A stretch of 31,367 nucleotides of DNA from Verrucomicrobiota bacterium (GCA_038209745.1 JBBQXJ010000057.1:1-31367), one strand, 5' to 3'. Numbered from the stretch's first letter, positions 19,001-28,133 are shown. Numbers and translations: made by a program. Notes: generated by a model not told the origin, from the sequence alone.

Positions 19001-20698
19001 CTTCGAGAAGCTCCAGCCGGTGAGGACCAAAAGACCAGCGTAGAGCACCAGCACGACGACGCTCTTCCGCAGGATGCCGGTGACGCTCCGACCATATTTT
19101 TCGGCCGACCAGTCGAAGAAGCGGTTGAAGGGCCGGAAGATCCAGCCGAGCAGGAGATCCATCGTTTTGGTCAACCGATCCTTGGGCTCGTGATGGCCTT
19201 TCAGCAGAACGGCGCAAAGCGCGGGAGACAGCGTCAGGGAGTTGAACGCCGAGATCACGGTCGAGATGGCGATGGTGATGGCGAACTGTTTGTAGAACTG
19301 GCCGGTCAACCCGCTGATGAAGGCCGTCGGCACAAAGACCGCACACAGCACCAGCGCGATCGCGATGATCGGCCCGGTGACTTCCTCCATCGCCTTCTTC
19401 GTTGCATCCAGCGAGGACAGGCCCAGGGAGATGTTCCGTTCCACGTTTTCGACGACGACGATCGCGTCGTCGACCACGATGCCGATCGCGAGAACCAGAC
19501 CGAACAGCGTCAGGTTGTTGATGCTGAAGCCGAGCGCGAGCATCACCGCGAAGGTGCCGATGATGGACACCGGCACGGCGGCCAGCGGAATGATCGACGC
19601 ACGCCACGTCTGGAGGAACAGCGTGACGATGAGCACGACCAGGATCACGGCTTCGAAGAGCGTGTGGACCACGGCGTCGATGGAATCCCGGACGAAGACG
19701 GTCGGGTCGTAGACCACGGAGTATTCGAGGTCCTCGGGGAAGTTCTTCTTAAGCTCCTCCATCGTCCGGCGCACGTCCGTGGAGAGTTGGAGGGCGTTCG
19801 CGCCGGGGGACTGGAAGATCGGGATGGCGACAGCGGACTTGTTGTTCAGCACGGAGCGCAGCGAATAGCCGGACGCGCCGAGTTCCAGCCGGGCGATGTC
19901 CTTGAGGCGGGTGCGTTCACCGTTGGCGCCGGTCTTGACGATGATGTCGCCGAACTCGCCCACGTCGACCAAACGACCCTTGGCGTTGATCAGCAGCTCT
20001 GTTTCCACGGGTTTCTTGACCGGTTGCTGGCCGATGGCGCCCGCGGCGATCTGGACGTTTTGTTCCCGGATGGCGGCGACGACATCGCCCGCCGTCAGAC
20101 CACGGGAAGCGGCTTTGTCCGGATCCAGCCAGACGCGCATCGCGTAGTCGCCCGAGCCGAAGAGCTGCACGGAACCCGCCCCTGGAATCCGCGCCAACAC
20201 ATCCTTCACCTGGAGCGAGGCGTAGTTGCGAAGATAGATCTCATCGTAGCGGCCCTTGGGCGAAGTGAGATGCACCACCATCGTCAGATCCGGCGACTGC
20301 TTGGTCGTCGTTACACCGAGACGGCGGACTTCTTCCGGCAGCTTCGGCAGCGCCTGCGCCACGCGGTTCTGCACCTGGACCTGGGCGTCGTTGATGTCCG
20401 TCCCCAGTGCGAAGGTCACGGTGAGCGTCATCACGCCGTCGCCCGTGGCTTGGGAGAACATGTAGAGCGAATGCTCCACTCCGTTGATCACCTGCTCCAG
20501 CGGCGCGGCGACGGTCTCGGCGATGGTCCGGGGATTGGCGCCGGGATACACCGCCATCACGACGATGGTCGGCGGCACGACCTCGGGATACTCGCTGATC
20601 GGCAGAATCCGCATCGAGATCAGCCCAACGAGGAGCGTCACGATGGAAAGCACTCCGGCGAATATCGGGCGGCGAATGAAAAAATGGGAAAAGTTCAT
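16073..20698 (-). CDS. HAE1-family RND permease fused to a NodT/TolC-type outer membrane factor (1541 aa)
   Basis: About 1040 aa of RND (FIRRPIFA, GIVVDDAIVVVENV, CKNAILIVEF, RLRPILMTS), a basic linker, a hydrophobic stretch with lipobox VSG-C1078, then OMF motifs (GPDYQRP, WWTVFNDPTL, SYEIDLWGRVR, LLERRPDI, KVLGGGW). No stop codon separates them. Confidence 0.9.
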   Translation of the reverse strand: MNFSHFFIRRPIFAGVLSIVTLLVGLISMRILPISEYPEVVPPTIVVMAVYPGANPRTIAETVAAPLEQVINGVEHSLYMFSQATGDGVMTLTVTFALGTDINDAQVQVQNRVAQALPKLPEEVRRLGVTTTKQSPDLTMVVHLTSPKGRYDEIYLRNYASLQVKDVLARIPGAGSVQLFGSGDYAMRVWLDPDKAASRGLTAGDVVAAIREQNVQIAAGAIGQQPVKKPVETELLINAKGRLVDVGEFGDIIVKTGANGERTRLKDIARLELGASGYSLRSVLNNKSAVAIPIFQSPGANALQLSTDVRRTMEELKKNFPEDLEYSVVYDPTVFVRDSIDAVVHTLFEAVILVVLIVTLFLQTWRASIIPLAAVPVSIIGTFAVMLALGFSINNLTLFGLVLAIGIVVDDAIVVVENVERNISLGLSSLDATKKAMEEVTGPIIAIALVLCAVFVPTAFISGLTGQFYKQFAITIAISTVISAFNSLTLSPALCAVLLKGHHEPKDRLTKTMDLLLGWIFRPFNRFFDWSAEKYGRSVTGILRKSVVVLVLYAGLLVLTGWSFSKVPSGFVPTQDKQYLVAFAQLTDAASLDRSDEVLRRMTDIALKVPGVHDSIAFPGLSISGFSVAPNAGIVFVGLDPFEDRRSPDLSGPAIAARLNQEFAVIQDAFILAVMPPAVNGLGTVGGFKLYVEDRAGLGYDALFQNTQAVVGQSRQTNALAGVFSGFTINVPQLDAEIDREKAKAQGVPLKNLFDTMQVYLGSLYVNDFNLFGRTYQVVAQADAQFRDDPADITRLKTRNDKGEMVPLGTLVKVTPSYGPDRAMRYNGYPAAEIMGNPGPGFSSGQAEEIIGNIAGRTLPKGMAYEWTDLTYQRILSGNSAIYIYPLCILLVFLVLAAQYESFRMPLAIILVVPLCLLFAIAGVYLSRGDNNIFTQIGLVVLVALACKNAILIVEFAKVKQDEGLSPFDAAIEACRLRLRPILMTSVTFIAAVYPLVSAHGAGAEMRRAMGVAVFAGMIGVTLFGLFLTPVFYSVLMSIGWKKDEAKTPKKKDGGGTGTGVAVTTVTALALLLTVSGCSTHGGPLTIGPDYQRPTNAVPAAFQDVAMGAWKEGAPRDNQPKGAWWTVFNDPTLNEFQDRAATNNQSLRAAVARIDQSRALARSSKSEFFPALSFDPAVQRDRLSPNQFPNFGHATYNTFRTPIDLSYEIDLWGRVRRSFESARADADASEADFRNVQLALQADIAHNYFSLRSTDNQRGIVRETIALRQQARDLIKSRVDAGTATELDLARADTELASAQAELSSLNQSRASISAAIAVLVGVMAPEFSVEDFGHYHPDVPAIPAGLPSELLERRPDIASAERHLASANAKIGIAKASFFPVLRLTGSGGFLSADLDTLFKWDSHTWSIGPSLSLPLFQGGRSRANLARSRAAYDESVANYRQQVLVAFAEVQENLSALKFLGEEGEATERALVAARKAAGIARARYDAGTSSYLEVVDADRSALQFQRNNARVQGMRRSVTVQLVKVLGGGWHEVAVKGN

Positions 20699-20791
20699 GG
20701 GATCTACGTCCGCGTACGGGGACGTTTCAGGATAGTTTTCAGGGAAGAATCGCGGTGGCGTGGCTCAAACCACCCATGCGATCCGATGGGC

Positions 20792-21958
20792 TCAGGGATT
20801 GGAGGCCTGAAGCTTGGCTTCTGTCTGCGGTGTCACCGTCATCCCGGCCTGTTGCACCCGCTGGAGTCCGTTGACGATGATGCGTTCACCTGCTTCGAGG
20901 CCTTCGCGGATGATGCGCTTGCCGTCGATGCTGGCCCCGATCTTCACGGCCCGGTAGGCCACGGTGTTCGACGACGTCACGGACCAGACGAATTTCTGGC
21001 TCTGGTCGGTGCCGATCGCGCGGTCGCTGATGAGCAGCGTCTTCAGCGGCGCACCCCTGGGAATGCGGACCCGGGTGAACAAACCGGGGATCAAAAGCCC
21101 GTCGTCGTTCTGGAAAACGGTGCGAACGAGGATGCTTCCCGTGTTCGGATTCAGCTCGTTGTCGATGGACTCGATGTAGCCCTTGCGCGGAAAGCCCGTT
21201 TCATCGGACAGCGCCATTTCCACGGCGACCCGGCCTTCTTTGTTCTTGGGCAACTTGTCCTCGAGAGCCAGCCGCTTGAACCGCAGCATCGTCGCCTCGT
21301 CGACGTCCGACATCACGTAGAACGGATCGACGGAGACAACCGTCGTGAGCAGCGTGGTGGCACTGTCTACCCCGCTGACGTTGTTGCCCAACGTGACCAG
21401 GGCGCGGCTGACCCGCCCGTCGATGGGCGACTTCACCTGGCAGAATTCGAGTTCCAGGTTGGCTGAATTCCGTGCCGCTTGGGATGCCGCCAAGGCCGCG
21501 CGGGCGTCCGCTACTTTATAGTTCCGCGTATCGGCCTCCTCCTTGGAGATGGCCTTCGATTCGAGCAGGCGCTCTGTGCGGCCGGCCTCTCGTTCGGCGT
21601 TGTCGAGCATGACCTGGGCACGCTGCAGATCGGCTTCGGCCCGGTTCAAAGCGGCTTGCCGAGTGCGCGGATCGATCACGAAGAGCACTTCGTCCCTCTT
21701 CACCTTCTGACCGGATTGAAAGCGTATCTCCTGGATGTAACCGGATACGCGGGGACGGATCTCGACGCGGTCGACCGCCTCGGTGCGGCCCACCACTTCG
21801 TCGTATTCGACAAGTTCACGCTGCTCGACCCCGGCTACCGTGACGGTCGGTGGCGGAAGCGCGCCCCGATTGGAGGCATTGCCCTTTGGCCCGCAGGCAA
21901 CGAGGAACAACGGAACCGCCCCGAAGGCGGCGATCTTGCAGATGCTGGAAACGTTCAT
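20792..21958 (-). CDS. RND periplasmic adaptor (membrane fusion protein)
   Basis: Lipobox LVAC, VEIRPRVSGYI, VKSPIDGRVS and GLEAGERIIVNGLQ. Confidence 0.93.
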   Translation of the reverse strand: MNVSSICKIAAFGAVPLFLVACGPKGNASNRGALPPPTVTVAGVEQRELVEYDEVVGRTEAVDRVEIRPRVSGYIQEIRFQSGQKVKRDEVLFVIDPRTRQAALNRAEADLQRAQVMLDNAEREAGRTERLLESKAISKEEADTRNYKVADARAALAASQAARNSANLELEFCQVKSPIDGRVSRALVTLGNNVSGVDSATTLLTTVVSVDPFYVMSDVDEATMLRFKRLALEDKLPKNKEGRVAVEMALSDETGFPRKGYIESIDNELNPNTGSILVRTVFQNDDGLLIPGLFTRVRIPRGAPLKTLLISDRAIGTDQSQKFVWSVTSSNTVAYRAVKIGASIDGKRIIREGLEAGERIIVNGLQRVQQAGMTVTPQTEAKLQASNP

Positions 21959-22007
21959 GGTCTAAATTTTAAGCAGGTTGAAGGTGGTGGCTTTTGAGGA
22001 GGTCCGT

Positions 22008-22313
22008 TCAGGCGGCGAAGGCCATTTCGATGCCTTCTTCCCACAGGTTTTGCTGACGCTCTTCCCAGTGCTGGACGGCGGCGATCTTCTCCTCGGCGAG
22101 CAACGGGAAAAGCAAAGCCGGATAACCGCTCTGCCAAGCCAGCGCTTCGGCCTCGTTCAACGCCAGATGGAGATGGTGGCGACGACTGCTCCGGTCTCTC
22201 GGCAAGCCGCCTTCGATCTCGCTGCGGATCTGCCTTACGACCACCTCCTCGGGTCGGGTCGATTCCTTCCACTGCACCGGAACGATTCTGGGAATCTTGA
22301 TGATTCGATTCAT
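22008..22313 (-). CDS. Small hypothetical protein in the efflux locus
   Basis: 101-aa ORF co-oriented between tetR and the MFP gene; helical motif LALNEAEALAWQSGYPALLFPLLAEEK. Confidence 0.7.
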   Translation of the reverse strand: MNRIIKIPRIVPVQWKESTRPEEVVVRQIRSEIEGGLPRDRSSRRHHLHLALNEAEALAWQSGYPALLFPLLAEEKIAAVQHWEERQQNLWEEGIEMAFAA

Positions 22314-22340
22314 AGCAAGTCGCCTTAAAGAGTAGTTGTC

Positions 22341-22353
22341 TGTTTAGTAAACA
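22341..22353. promoter_or_regulatory. Palindrome upstream of the efflux genes, possible operator
   Basis: TGTTTAgTAAACA in an AT-rich gap about 30 nt upstream of the 22313 start. Confidence 0.45.
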
Positions 22354-22371
22354 ATTGCGTGACAAAAAAAA

Positions 22372-22986
22372 TCAAACTTCGACCAGCACCGGCGGTTTCA
22401 CACCGAGGATCTGCCGAATCCCCATCGACATGCCTTTGAGCACGTTCAAATCGTTGAGGATCCGGGCTTGGGTCATCATTCCCTCGCTGTAGGCAAACAA
22501 CATCTGGGACGTTGCCTTGGCGTCCGACGCGGTGATGGCTCCGACGGTGTGGGCCTCTCGAACGGCGGACTCCAGATACATCACCCACAAAGCGAAGATC
22601 TCCTGGATCTTGACCCGCAGTCCCGCCTCCAAGGTGCACACTTCAGAACCAAGCGCAAACAAAGGGCATCCAAGCACATAACCGAACCGCTCCTGCTTCT
22701 CCCGCTGTTCTTCGTAAAGGTAGTCGCACAACCGGTCGAACCGTTCCAAAGGGGGGACCGCCGGGGAAAACATTCCATCCCAGATCGGACGCTTTTCGCT
22801 CAATTCCAAATCCAGCGACACACCGGCCAACTCGGCTTTGGAATCGAAGAAGTAGTAGAAGCTGCCTTTTTTGACGCCCGCCTTCTCACAGATCTGGTCG
22901 ATCGTCGTGCTGCCGTAGGAACCCGTCCAGATCAACTCCCGGACGGCTTCCAGCAAACGTTCTTTGGCATCACTGACTCGACCCAT
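22372..22986 (-). CDS. TetR/AcrR family regulator (NemR-like)
   Basis: GSYGSTTIDQICEKAGVKKGSFYYFFDSK HTH and the C-terminal-domain GCP motif. Confidence 0.92.
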   Translation of the reverse strand: MGRVSDAKERLLEAVRELIWTGSYGSTTIDQICEKAGVKKGSFYYFFDSKAELAGVSLDLELSEKRPIWDGMFSPAVPPLERFDRLCDYLYEEQREKQERFGYVLGCPLFALGSEVCTLEAGLRVKIQEIFALWVMYLESAVREAHTVGAITASDAKATSQMLFAYSEGMMTQARILNDLNVLKGMSMGIRQILGVKPPVLVEV

Positions 22987-23012
22987 AAATTTCAAAACAG
23001 AAACTATCGAAT

Positions 23013-23028
23013 TTGACCATTCGGTCAA
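23013..23028. promoter_or_regulatory. Probable TetR autoregulatory operator
   Basis: TTGACC-attc-GGTCAA, 26 nt upstream of the tetR ATG; it resembles NemR-type TAGACC-N4-GGTCTA boxes. Confidence 0.65.
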
Positions 23029-23213
23029 CAAACATTGTTCAACCGCTCTTTTCGAGTTTGACGAAGACGTGGCCAAGACTTCGGAAGCCCACTCTGACCG
23101 ACCGGATGTTTGTAGTCCCTGAAACCTTCTTCCGCAGTTGGTGATCAGATCACGGTGGAATCCCGGCCGACTTTCAATTGAGCCAACACCCCTTGCGCCC
23201 GTAGCCTTGCGCC

Positions 23214-23423
23214 ATGGCGCTCGACGTGGACCAACTTGCCCAAGCCCTAACCGCCCTCGGTTGTCCGCCGGAGAAATCCGGTGAGATGGCCGCGCAGCTG
23301 GACAAGCGCGCACACCAGCTCGCTGCCGAACGGAATCAAACGCACGACGAAGCCATGACGCACCTGCTCAAGCTCATGTCCCAGGGCTGGGCCGCCGCCG
23401 GCCGGGTCAACCCTTCGCTCTGA
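23214..23423 (+). CDS. Small hypothetical protein
   Basis: 69-aa ORF with GC-rich codon usage, directly upstream of and co-oriented with the NUDIX gene. Confidence 0.7.
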   Translation: MALDVDQLAQALTALGCPPEKSGEMAAQLDKRAHQLAAERNQTHDEAMTHLLKLMSQGWAAAGRVNPSL

Positions 23424-23477
23424 ACCGGCTTCGTCCGTAGACTCCCCTTCTCCACCGCCCGTTCGCCCATCCCATCC

Positions 23478-24035
23478 ATGCTCAAACCCTGGCCCCTCGT
23501 CTCCTCCAAGCCCGTCGGAGATTTCCGCATCTTCAGCATCCGCACGGATCAAAAGATCAATCCCCGCACGGGAAAGCCCTGCAACTTCTTCGTCATCGAT
23601 TCGGCCAACTGGGTCAACATCGTCGCCGTCACTCCCGACGATCATCTGGTCATGGTCGAGCAGTTCCGCCATGGCACGAACACGATTGAGCTGGAGATCC
23701 CCGGCGGCATCATGGATCCGGAAGACGCCTCGCCCATCGAGGCCGGCCTGCGCGAGCTCCGCGAAGAAACCGGCTATGAAGGATTGAACGCCCGGCTGCT
23801 CGGCGACGTGGCCGCGAACCCCGCGATCATGAGCAACACCTGCTTCACCGTCGTGGTGGAGAACTCTGTGTCGAAGCATTCGCTGAGCTTCGATGGCGGC
23901 GAAGACCTGATCACCAGGCTCGTGCCCGTGGCCGACTTGTCCCGATTGGTCGCCGAAGGCCGGATCAAGCACCCGCTGGTCATCGTGGCGCTCTTCCAGT
24001 TCGACTTGCTCCGGCGCGGGATCAAGAAGGTCTGA
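23478..24035 (+). CDS. NUDIX hydrolase (ADP-ribose pyrophosphatase-like)
   Basis: EQFRH...ELEIPGG...AGLRELREETGY Nudix box. Confidence 0.92.
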   Translation: MLKPWPLVSSKPVGDFRIFSIRTDQKINPRTGKPCNFFVIDSANWVNIVAVTPDDHLVMVEQFRHGTNTIELEIPGGIMDPEDASPIEAGLRELREETGYEGLNARLLGDVAANPAIMSNTCFTVVVENSVSKHSLSFDGGEDLITRLVPVADLSRLVAEGRIKHPLVIVALFQFDLLRRGIKKV

Positions 24036-24038
24036 ACC

Positions 24039-24113
24039 GTAGCTCCTGAGGCCAGGAGGCGGGATTTCGATCCTCTTCAGCGGCTCGCTTCCGCCTCGTC
24101 GCCTCGGCGGCAC
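24039..24113. repeat. Degenerate REP-like hairpin between convergent genes (possible terminator role)
   Basis: gtagctcctgaggccaggaggcggga pairs imperfectly with ttccgcctcgtcgcctcggcggcac. Confidence 0.55.
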
Positions 24114-24120
24114 CCCTGTC

Positions 24121-25509
24121 TCACAGCATCGTTCCACGCAGGATGCGGTAGGCGATGTTGAAGTAGATGATGAGGCCGGTGACGTCGACCAAGGTCGCCA
24201 CCAAAGGCGCCGACGCGACGGCGGGGTCCATCCGGACCATCCGCAACAGGAACGGCAGCATCGCGCCCACGACGCTCCCGAAGAGCACCACCCCCACAAG
24301 ACTGAAGCCGACCGTCAACGCGACCAACAGGAAGTGCGGCCCGTAGTCCTGGAAGCCCACCTTCTGCCACATCCAGATCCGGCAGAATCCAAGCACGGCC
24401 AAGGACAGGCCGAGCATCATTCCCGCCGCCAATTCCCGCCGGAGCACCTTCCACCAGTCGCGCACCGACACGTCGCCGACCGCCAGCGACCGGATGATGA
24501 GCGACGTGGCCTGCGAGCCGGAATTGCCGCCGCTGGAGATGATCAACGGCAGAAAGATCGACAGCACGACCGCCTTCGAGATCTCGCCTTCGAAGTGGCC
24601 CATCGCCGTGGCGGTGAGCATTTCCCCGAGAAACAGCACTGCCAGCCAGCCGGCACGTTTCCGCACCATTTTCATCAGTCCGATCTGCAGATAGGGCGCA
24701 TCGAGGGCGTCCATGCCGCCGAGTCGCTGGATGTCCTCGGTGGTCTCGCGTTGGGCCACGTCGAGCATGTCGTCCACCGTCACCACGCCCAGGAGGACGC
24801 CCTGTGAATCGACCACCGGCAGGACCGTGACGCCGTATTTGGTGAAAGCCGCGACCGCCACCTCCTGGTCGTCTTGCGGATGCAGCGGGATCAACGTGCC
24901 CTCCATCAGATCCGCCACCGGCGTCGTCGCTTCCGCCACCACGACGCGGTTCAACCGGACCCAGTCCAGCAGATGTTCCGCGGCGTCGACCACGTAGAGC
25001 TGGTTCAAGGTGATGCCCTCGTGCTCCCGGCCCACTTCCCGCAGCCGCTGGAGCACCTGCGCCACCGTCCACCCGTGCTCGATCGCCACGTATTCCGGCG
25101 TCATGCGGCGGCCGACCGAATGCCGCGGATACCCGAGCAGTTCCGAGGCGATCTCCCGCTGTTCGGGGGAAAGCAGACCCAGCAACCGCTGCGTCGCCTT
25201 CGCCGGCAATTCCTCCAGGAAGGCCGTCCGCTCGTCCGCCGGCAGGTCGTTCAGGATGTGCGCCACATCGGCGTCGCCCAGCGCGCGGACCAGCGACTCC
25301 TGGCAGCCGTGAGGGAGATGCTCGAAGACCTCGTTCGCAAAATCCTTCGGCAGGATCCGCAGCAGAACGGCCATGTCCGCCGGGGTGAGATCCTCGAGAA
25401 TCTCGGCCGCATCGGCGGCGCGGAATTCCGCGAGGATCCCCCGGAGCTGGTTGAAGTCCCGCCGGAGGATCAGTTCCTGGAGTTCTGGACCGAGGAGATT
25501 GCCGATCAT
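24121..25509 (-). CDS. mgtE: Magnesium transporter MgtE
   Basis: N domain, CBS pair, FLPLIISSGGNSGSQ and DPAVASAPLVATLVDVTG. Confidence 0.95.
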   Translation of the reverse strand: MIGNLLGPELQELILRRDFNQLRGILAEFRAADAAEILEDLTPADMAVLLRILPKDFANEVFEHLPHGCQESLVRALGDADVAHILNDLPADERTAFLEELPAKATQRLLGLLSPEQREIASELLGYPRHSVGRRMTPEYVAIEHGWTVAQVLQRLREVGREHEGITLNQLYVVDAAEHLLDWVRLNRVVVAEATTPVADLMEGTLIPLHPQDDQEVAVAAFTKYGVTVLPVVDSQGVLLGVVTVDDMLDVAQRETTEDIQRLGGMDALDAPYLQIGLMKMVRKRAGWLAVLFLGEMLTATAMGHFEGEISKAVVLSIFLPLIISSGGNSGSQATSLIIRSLAVGDVSVRDWWKVLRRELAAGMMLGLSLAVLGFCRIWMWQKVGFQDYGPHFLLVALTVGFSLVGVVLFGSVVGAMLPFLLRMVRMDPAVASAPLVATLVDVTGLIIYFNIAYRILRGTML

Positions 25510-25576
25510 TCGCCCGCGAGCAGAGCCGACGGCGGCTCCGTTGCCAAGCCGGAGTCCGCCGGATCTTCACCCGGCT

Positions 25577-27430
25577 TCAAGGCTGCGGCTTGAGGTAGGT
25601 CCAGGCGATGTCGTCGGCCGGGTTCTTCGCCGTTTCCCGAGCCTTCGGCTTGGAAGCGAGGATCCCGTGATCGTCGCTTCCATTCGGCCCCAATGAATAG
25701 ACCAGGAAACGCCCATCACTCGTCGCCCGATAGACCAGCAGTTTCCTGCTGAAGGGATCCAGCGGAACGCGTGGCATCAGCGCCGGCACCAGCTCGTCCA
25801 GCGACGCCGGGTATTTCCCGTGGGCGAGTTTGAACCGCTCCAATGCGATGGCCGTGCGCACGACGTCCATGCCCGCCTGAGCTGCGCTGGCCTTATCGCT
25901 CGCCTTTTTAACCGCCGGCACGAGCAAACGGGCGAGCATGTTTCCGGGACTCCGGGGTCCGAGGTAACTGACTTCGTCTTCCGTTTGGGATTCCTCTCCG
26001 TCCAATTGGCCTGCCCAAGATGAAACCTCGTGGGTCGAAACACCTTCGAATGCTGTCGTTCCATGCTTCAGCATCTCGTCGTAGAATCGGTTGATCGCGA
26101 TGACGTTTCGATAGGCGATGAAGCTCACGAGCCGACGGTTCGGGAAAGAAGGGAGATCCATCAATCCGACCATGTGGGCATCGTTCCCCAGAAATGTCTG
26201 CAACAGCCCGTAGGTTCCCAACACCCGCTCCCCCTCGAAATCCCATCGCATTGTCGCGTTGAAATCCGTCCGGGAAAGAGCGGCGTCGAGCCGTGCGAGC
26301 TGGGCCTCGTTCCACGATCCTTGCCGGAGCCCCTCCCAGATCGCCTGATTCATGATCCGATTGACCGCTATGGCAACTAATCCGCTGATCAAGGTAGGTT
26401 CCTCGGCCACCACTTCGCCGATGCGGAGACCCACAAGCACATCGTCCAGCGCTTTCTGCGGTTCTCCCGCCTGAACCTCCGCCGACGCCCGGAGGCTGAA
26501 GAGTTGGGACTGTCCTCTCATCGGTCCCAGATGCGGCAACAACGCCGCGAAGGTGTCTTCATAGCGGATCGGAAACCGCGAATGTGGGCGCTTCGCCGCC
26601 TCGGTCAACTCCGCCAGTTCCTTGTCCCAGTGCTTCATCGTCTCCAGCACACCGGCTGCAGTATCGGCACGCGCCACGTGGTTCGACATGTCCTTGTCCT
26701 CGCGGAACGCCTGCTGGATCGCCGCCATGTTGACCGTCGTTTGACGTCGCCAATCGCCCAGATCCTTCTCGTCCACCCGGGGCAGATGCATCGCGTTCAG
26801 CCGGTCGAAGGCCGCCTTTTCGTCAGGAGTCCGGGGAGATCCGTATCCGAAGAAGGATTCCGCCTGCCGATACAACGGTGTGGCCGCGAAGTTCTGGTCA
26901 TCGGGAATCGGCGGCGGCGTGATCTCCTCCGGTGTCAGCTTAACCCCCGCCGCGACCAGTTCCCGCCGATAGCTCTCCCACGCCAGCTTGGCGCGAAGAC
27001 TCGCCACTCCCGCCACTAGCACCAAAGGCAAGAATACCGCTAGGACGAGCACATAGGCCGGTCCGACCAACCACCGCAACCACCACGGCAGCCGCGACCG
27101 CGAGGGCTCCGCGCCGCCCGCAGCCGCCAGTGCCGCCGCCCGTCGATTCCACACCATCCGCGTGAGCGTGCCCCAGATGAGCGAAGCCGCGAACGCTGGC
27201 CAGAAGCCGTATTCCAAGGCCCACCAGGCTGTTCCTCCTCCCATCACCGGAGTGATGGACGCGCAATAGACCACCGCCCAGATCGTCCCCAGCACCAGCG
27301 CCTTCGCGAAGATCCGGCCCCAGCCGTAGCGCTCTCGCGGATCCGGCCGCAGCCGCAAAAGCCGGTTCAACGTCCAGCGCCGATCCGCCATCGCCAGCAA
27401 CGTGGCGCTCAATGTGTCTTTCAGTTTCAT
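25577..27430 (-). CDS. Hypothetical membrane protein with GspG-like C-terminal motif
   Basis: N-terminal TM helices; the C-terminus reads ALERFKLAHGKYPASLDELVP...DPF...YSLGPNGSDDHG. Confidence 0.8.
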   Translation of the reverse strand: MKLKDTLSATLLAMADRRWTLNRLLRLRPDPRERYGWGRIFAKALVLGTIWAVVYCASITPVMGGGTAWWALEYGFWPAFAASLIWGTLTRMVWNRRAAALAAAGGAEPSRSRLPWWLRWLVGPAYVLVLAVFLPLVLVAGVASLRAKLAWESYRRELVAAGVKLTPEEITPPPIPDDQNFAATPLYRQAESFFGYGSPRTPDEKAAFDRLNAMHLPRVDEKDLGDWRRQTTVNMAAIQQAFREDKDMSNHVARADTAAGVLETMKHWDKELAELTEAAKRPHSRFPIRYEDTFAALLPHLGPMRGQSQLFSLRASAEVQAGEPQKALDDVLVGLRIGEVVAEEPTLISGLVAIAVNRIMNQAIWEGLRQGSWNEAQLARLDAALSRTDFNATMRWDFEGERVLGTYGLLQTFLGNDAHMVGLMDLPSFPNRRLVSFIAYRNVIAINRFYDEMLKHGTTAFEGVSTHEVSSWAGQLDGEESQTEDEVSYLGPRSPGNMLARLLVPAVKKASDKASAAQAGMDVVRTAIALERFKLAHGKYPASLDELVPALMPRVPLDPFSRKLLVYRATSDGRFLVYSLGPNGSDDHGILASKPKARETAKNPADDIAWTYLKPQP

Positions 27431-27448
27431 AAATCAAACGGTCAATGA

Positions 27449-27598
27449 GGTAGGGCGCTGGCTCCCGCCAAGCCGACGGAAGATCTCCTCGGGACGACCA
27501 AGCTCCACGGGCCACTCCAGTCGGTTCCTGATTGGCCGGAGATGCTCCGGCCTAAGTGCGACTGGCCAAGGCGGCTCGACCGGAGTCTTCACCCGACC
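27449..27598. repeat. REP-like inverted repeat pair (GTAG-type)
   Basis: ggtagggcgctggctcccgccaagccg pairs imperfectly with cggctcgaccggagtcttcacccgacc; same family as 8832-8971. Confidence 0.65.
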
Positions 27599-27608
27599 GG
27601 CCACCCGC

Positions 27609-28133
27609 TCAGACCCAGCCCAACGCGACATCGTTGGTGCCGGATTGGTTGAGCTGGCGACGCGGTCGATTCTCGGCCGGCCTTGCGGTTGACGCGGGCC
27701 CCGGACCTGGAGCCGCCTCCTCCGTCAGTCCCAGTTCCCGCATCAACGATTCCCGCGACGCCATCAGGTAGATCGCACCCTCGATCGTCGGTCCGTCCCG
27801 GAGGGAACCCCGCGCCACGCTCACTCCGGATTCCGCGCCATCGGCCAACGACCAGTTCAGACCCACCGCCAGCAGGACCAACGCCGCGACCGCCGCCCAC
27901 TCGGCCGGCACCGCTCGCAGCCAATCCGGAATCCATTCCAGCCAGCCCGCGAAGGGCCGCTGCTCCCGTCGAACCGTCTTCGGAGCCGACGACGCCGTTG
28001 CTGGTTCCTCCGCCAAAGCCCGCGCCAAGATCTCTGCCTTCCACCCGGCGGGCGGCGCCTTCAGCGGCGTCCCCAGTATCCGACGCTCCAGCGCGTCGGG
28101 TTCGATTGGGACATTGTGATCGTCGAAGTTCAT
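27609..28133 (-). CDS. Putative membrane-anchored anti-sigma factor
   Basis: Lies 10 nt downstream of the ECF sigma gene and has a single TM helix (WAAVAALVLLAVGLNW). Confidence 0.65.
   Translation of the reverse strand: MNFDDHNVPIEPDALERRILGTPLKAPPAGWKAEILARALAEEPATASSAPKTVRREQRPFAGWLEWIPDWLRAVPAEWAAVAALVLLAVGLNWSLADGAESGVSVARGSLRDGPTIEGAIYLMASRESLMRELGLTEEAAPGPGPASTARPAENRPRRQLNQSGTNDVALGWV

Noticed and set aside
18860..21466. 868-aa plus-strand ORF (and similar long ORFs 9263-10450, 11193-12212, 24077-25570)
   Set aside because: Antisense or alternate-frame shadows of well-supported genes in GC-rich DNA, with no recognisable motifs.
23478..24035. NUDIX hydrolase as part of the TIR/ADPR signalling system
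   Set aside because: It lies 16 kb away in a housekeeping context outside the island.
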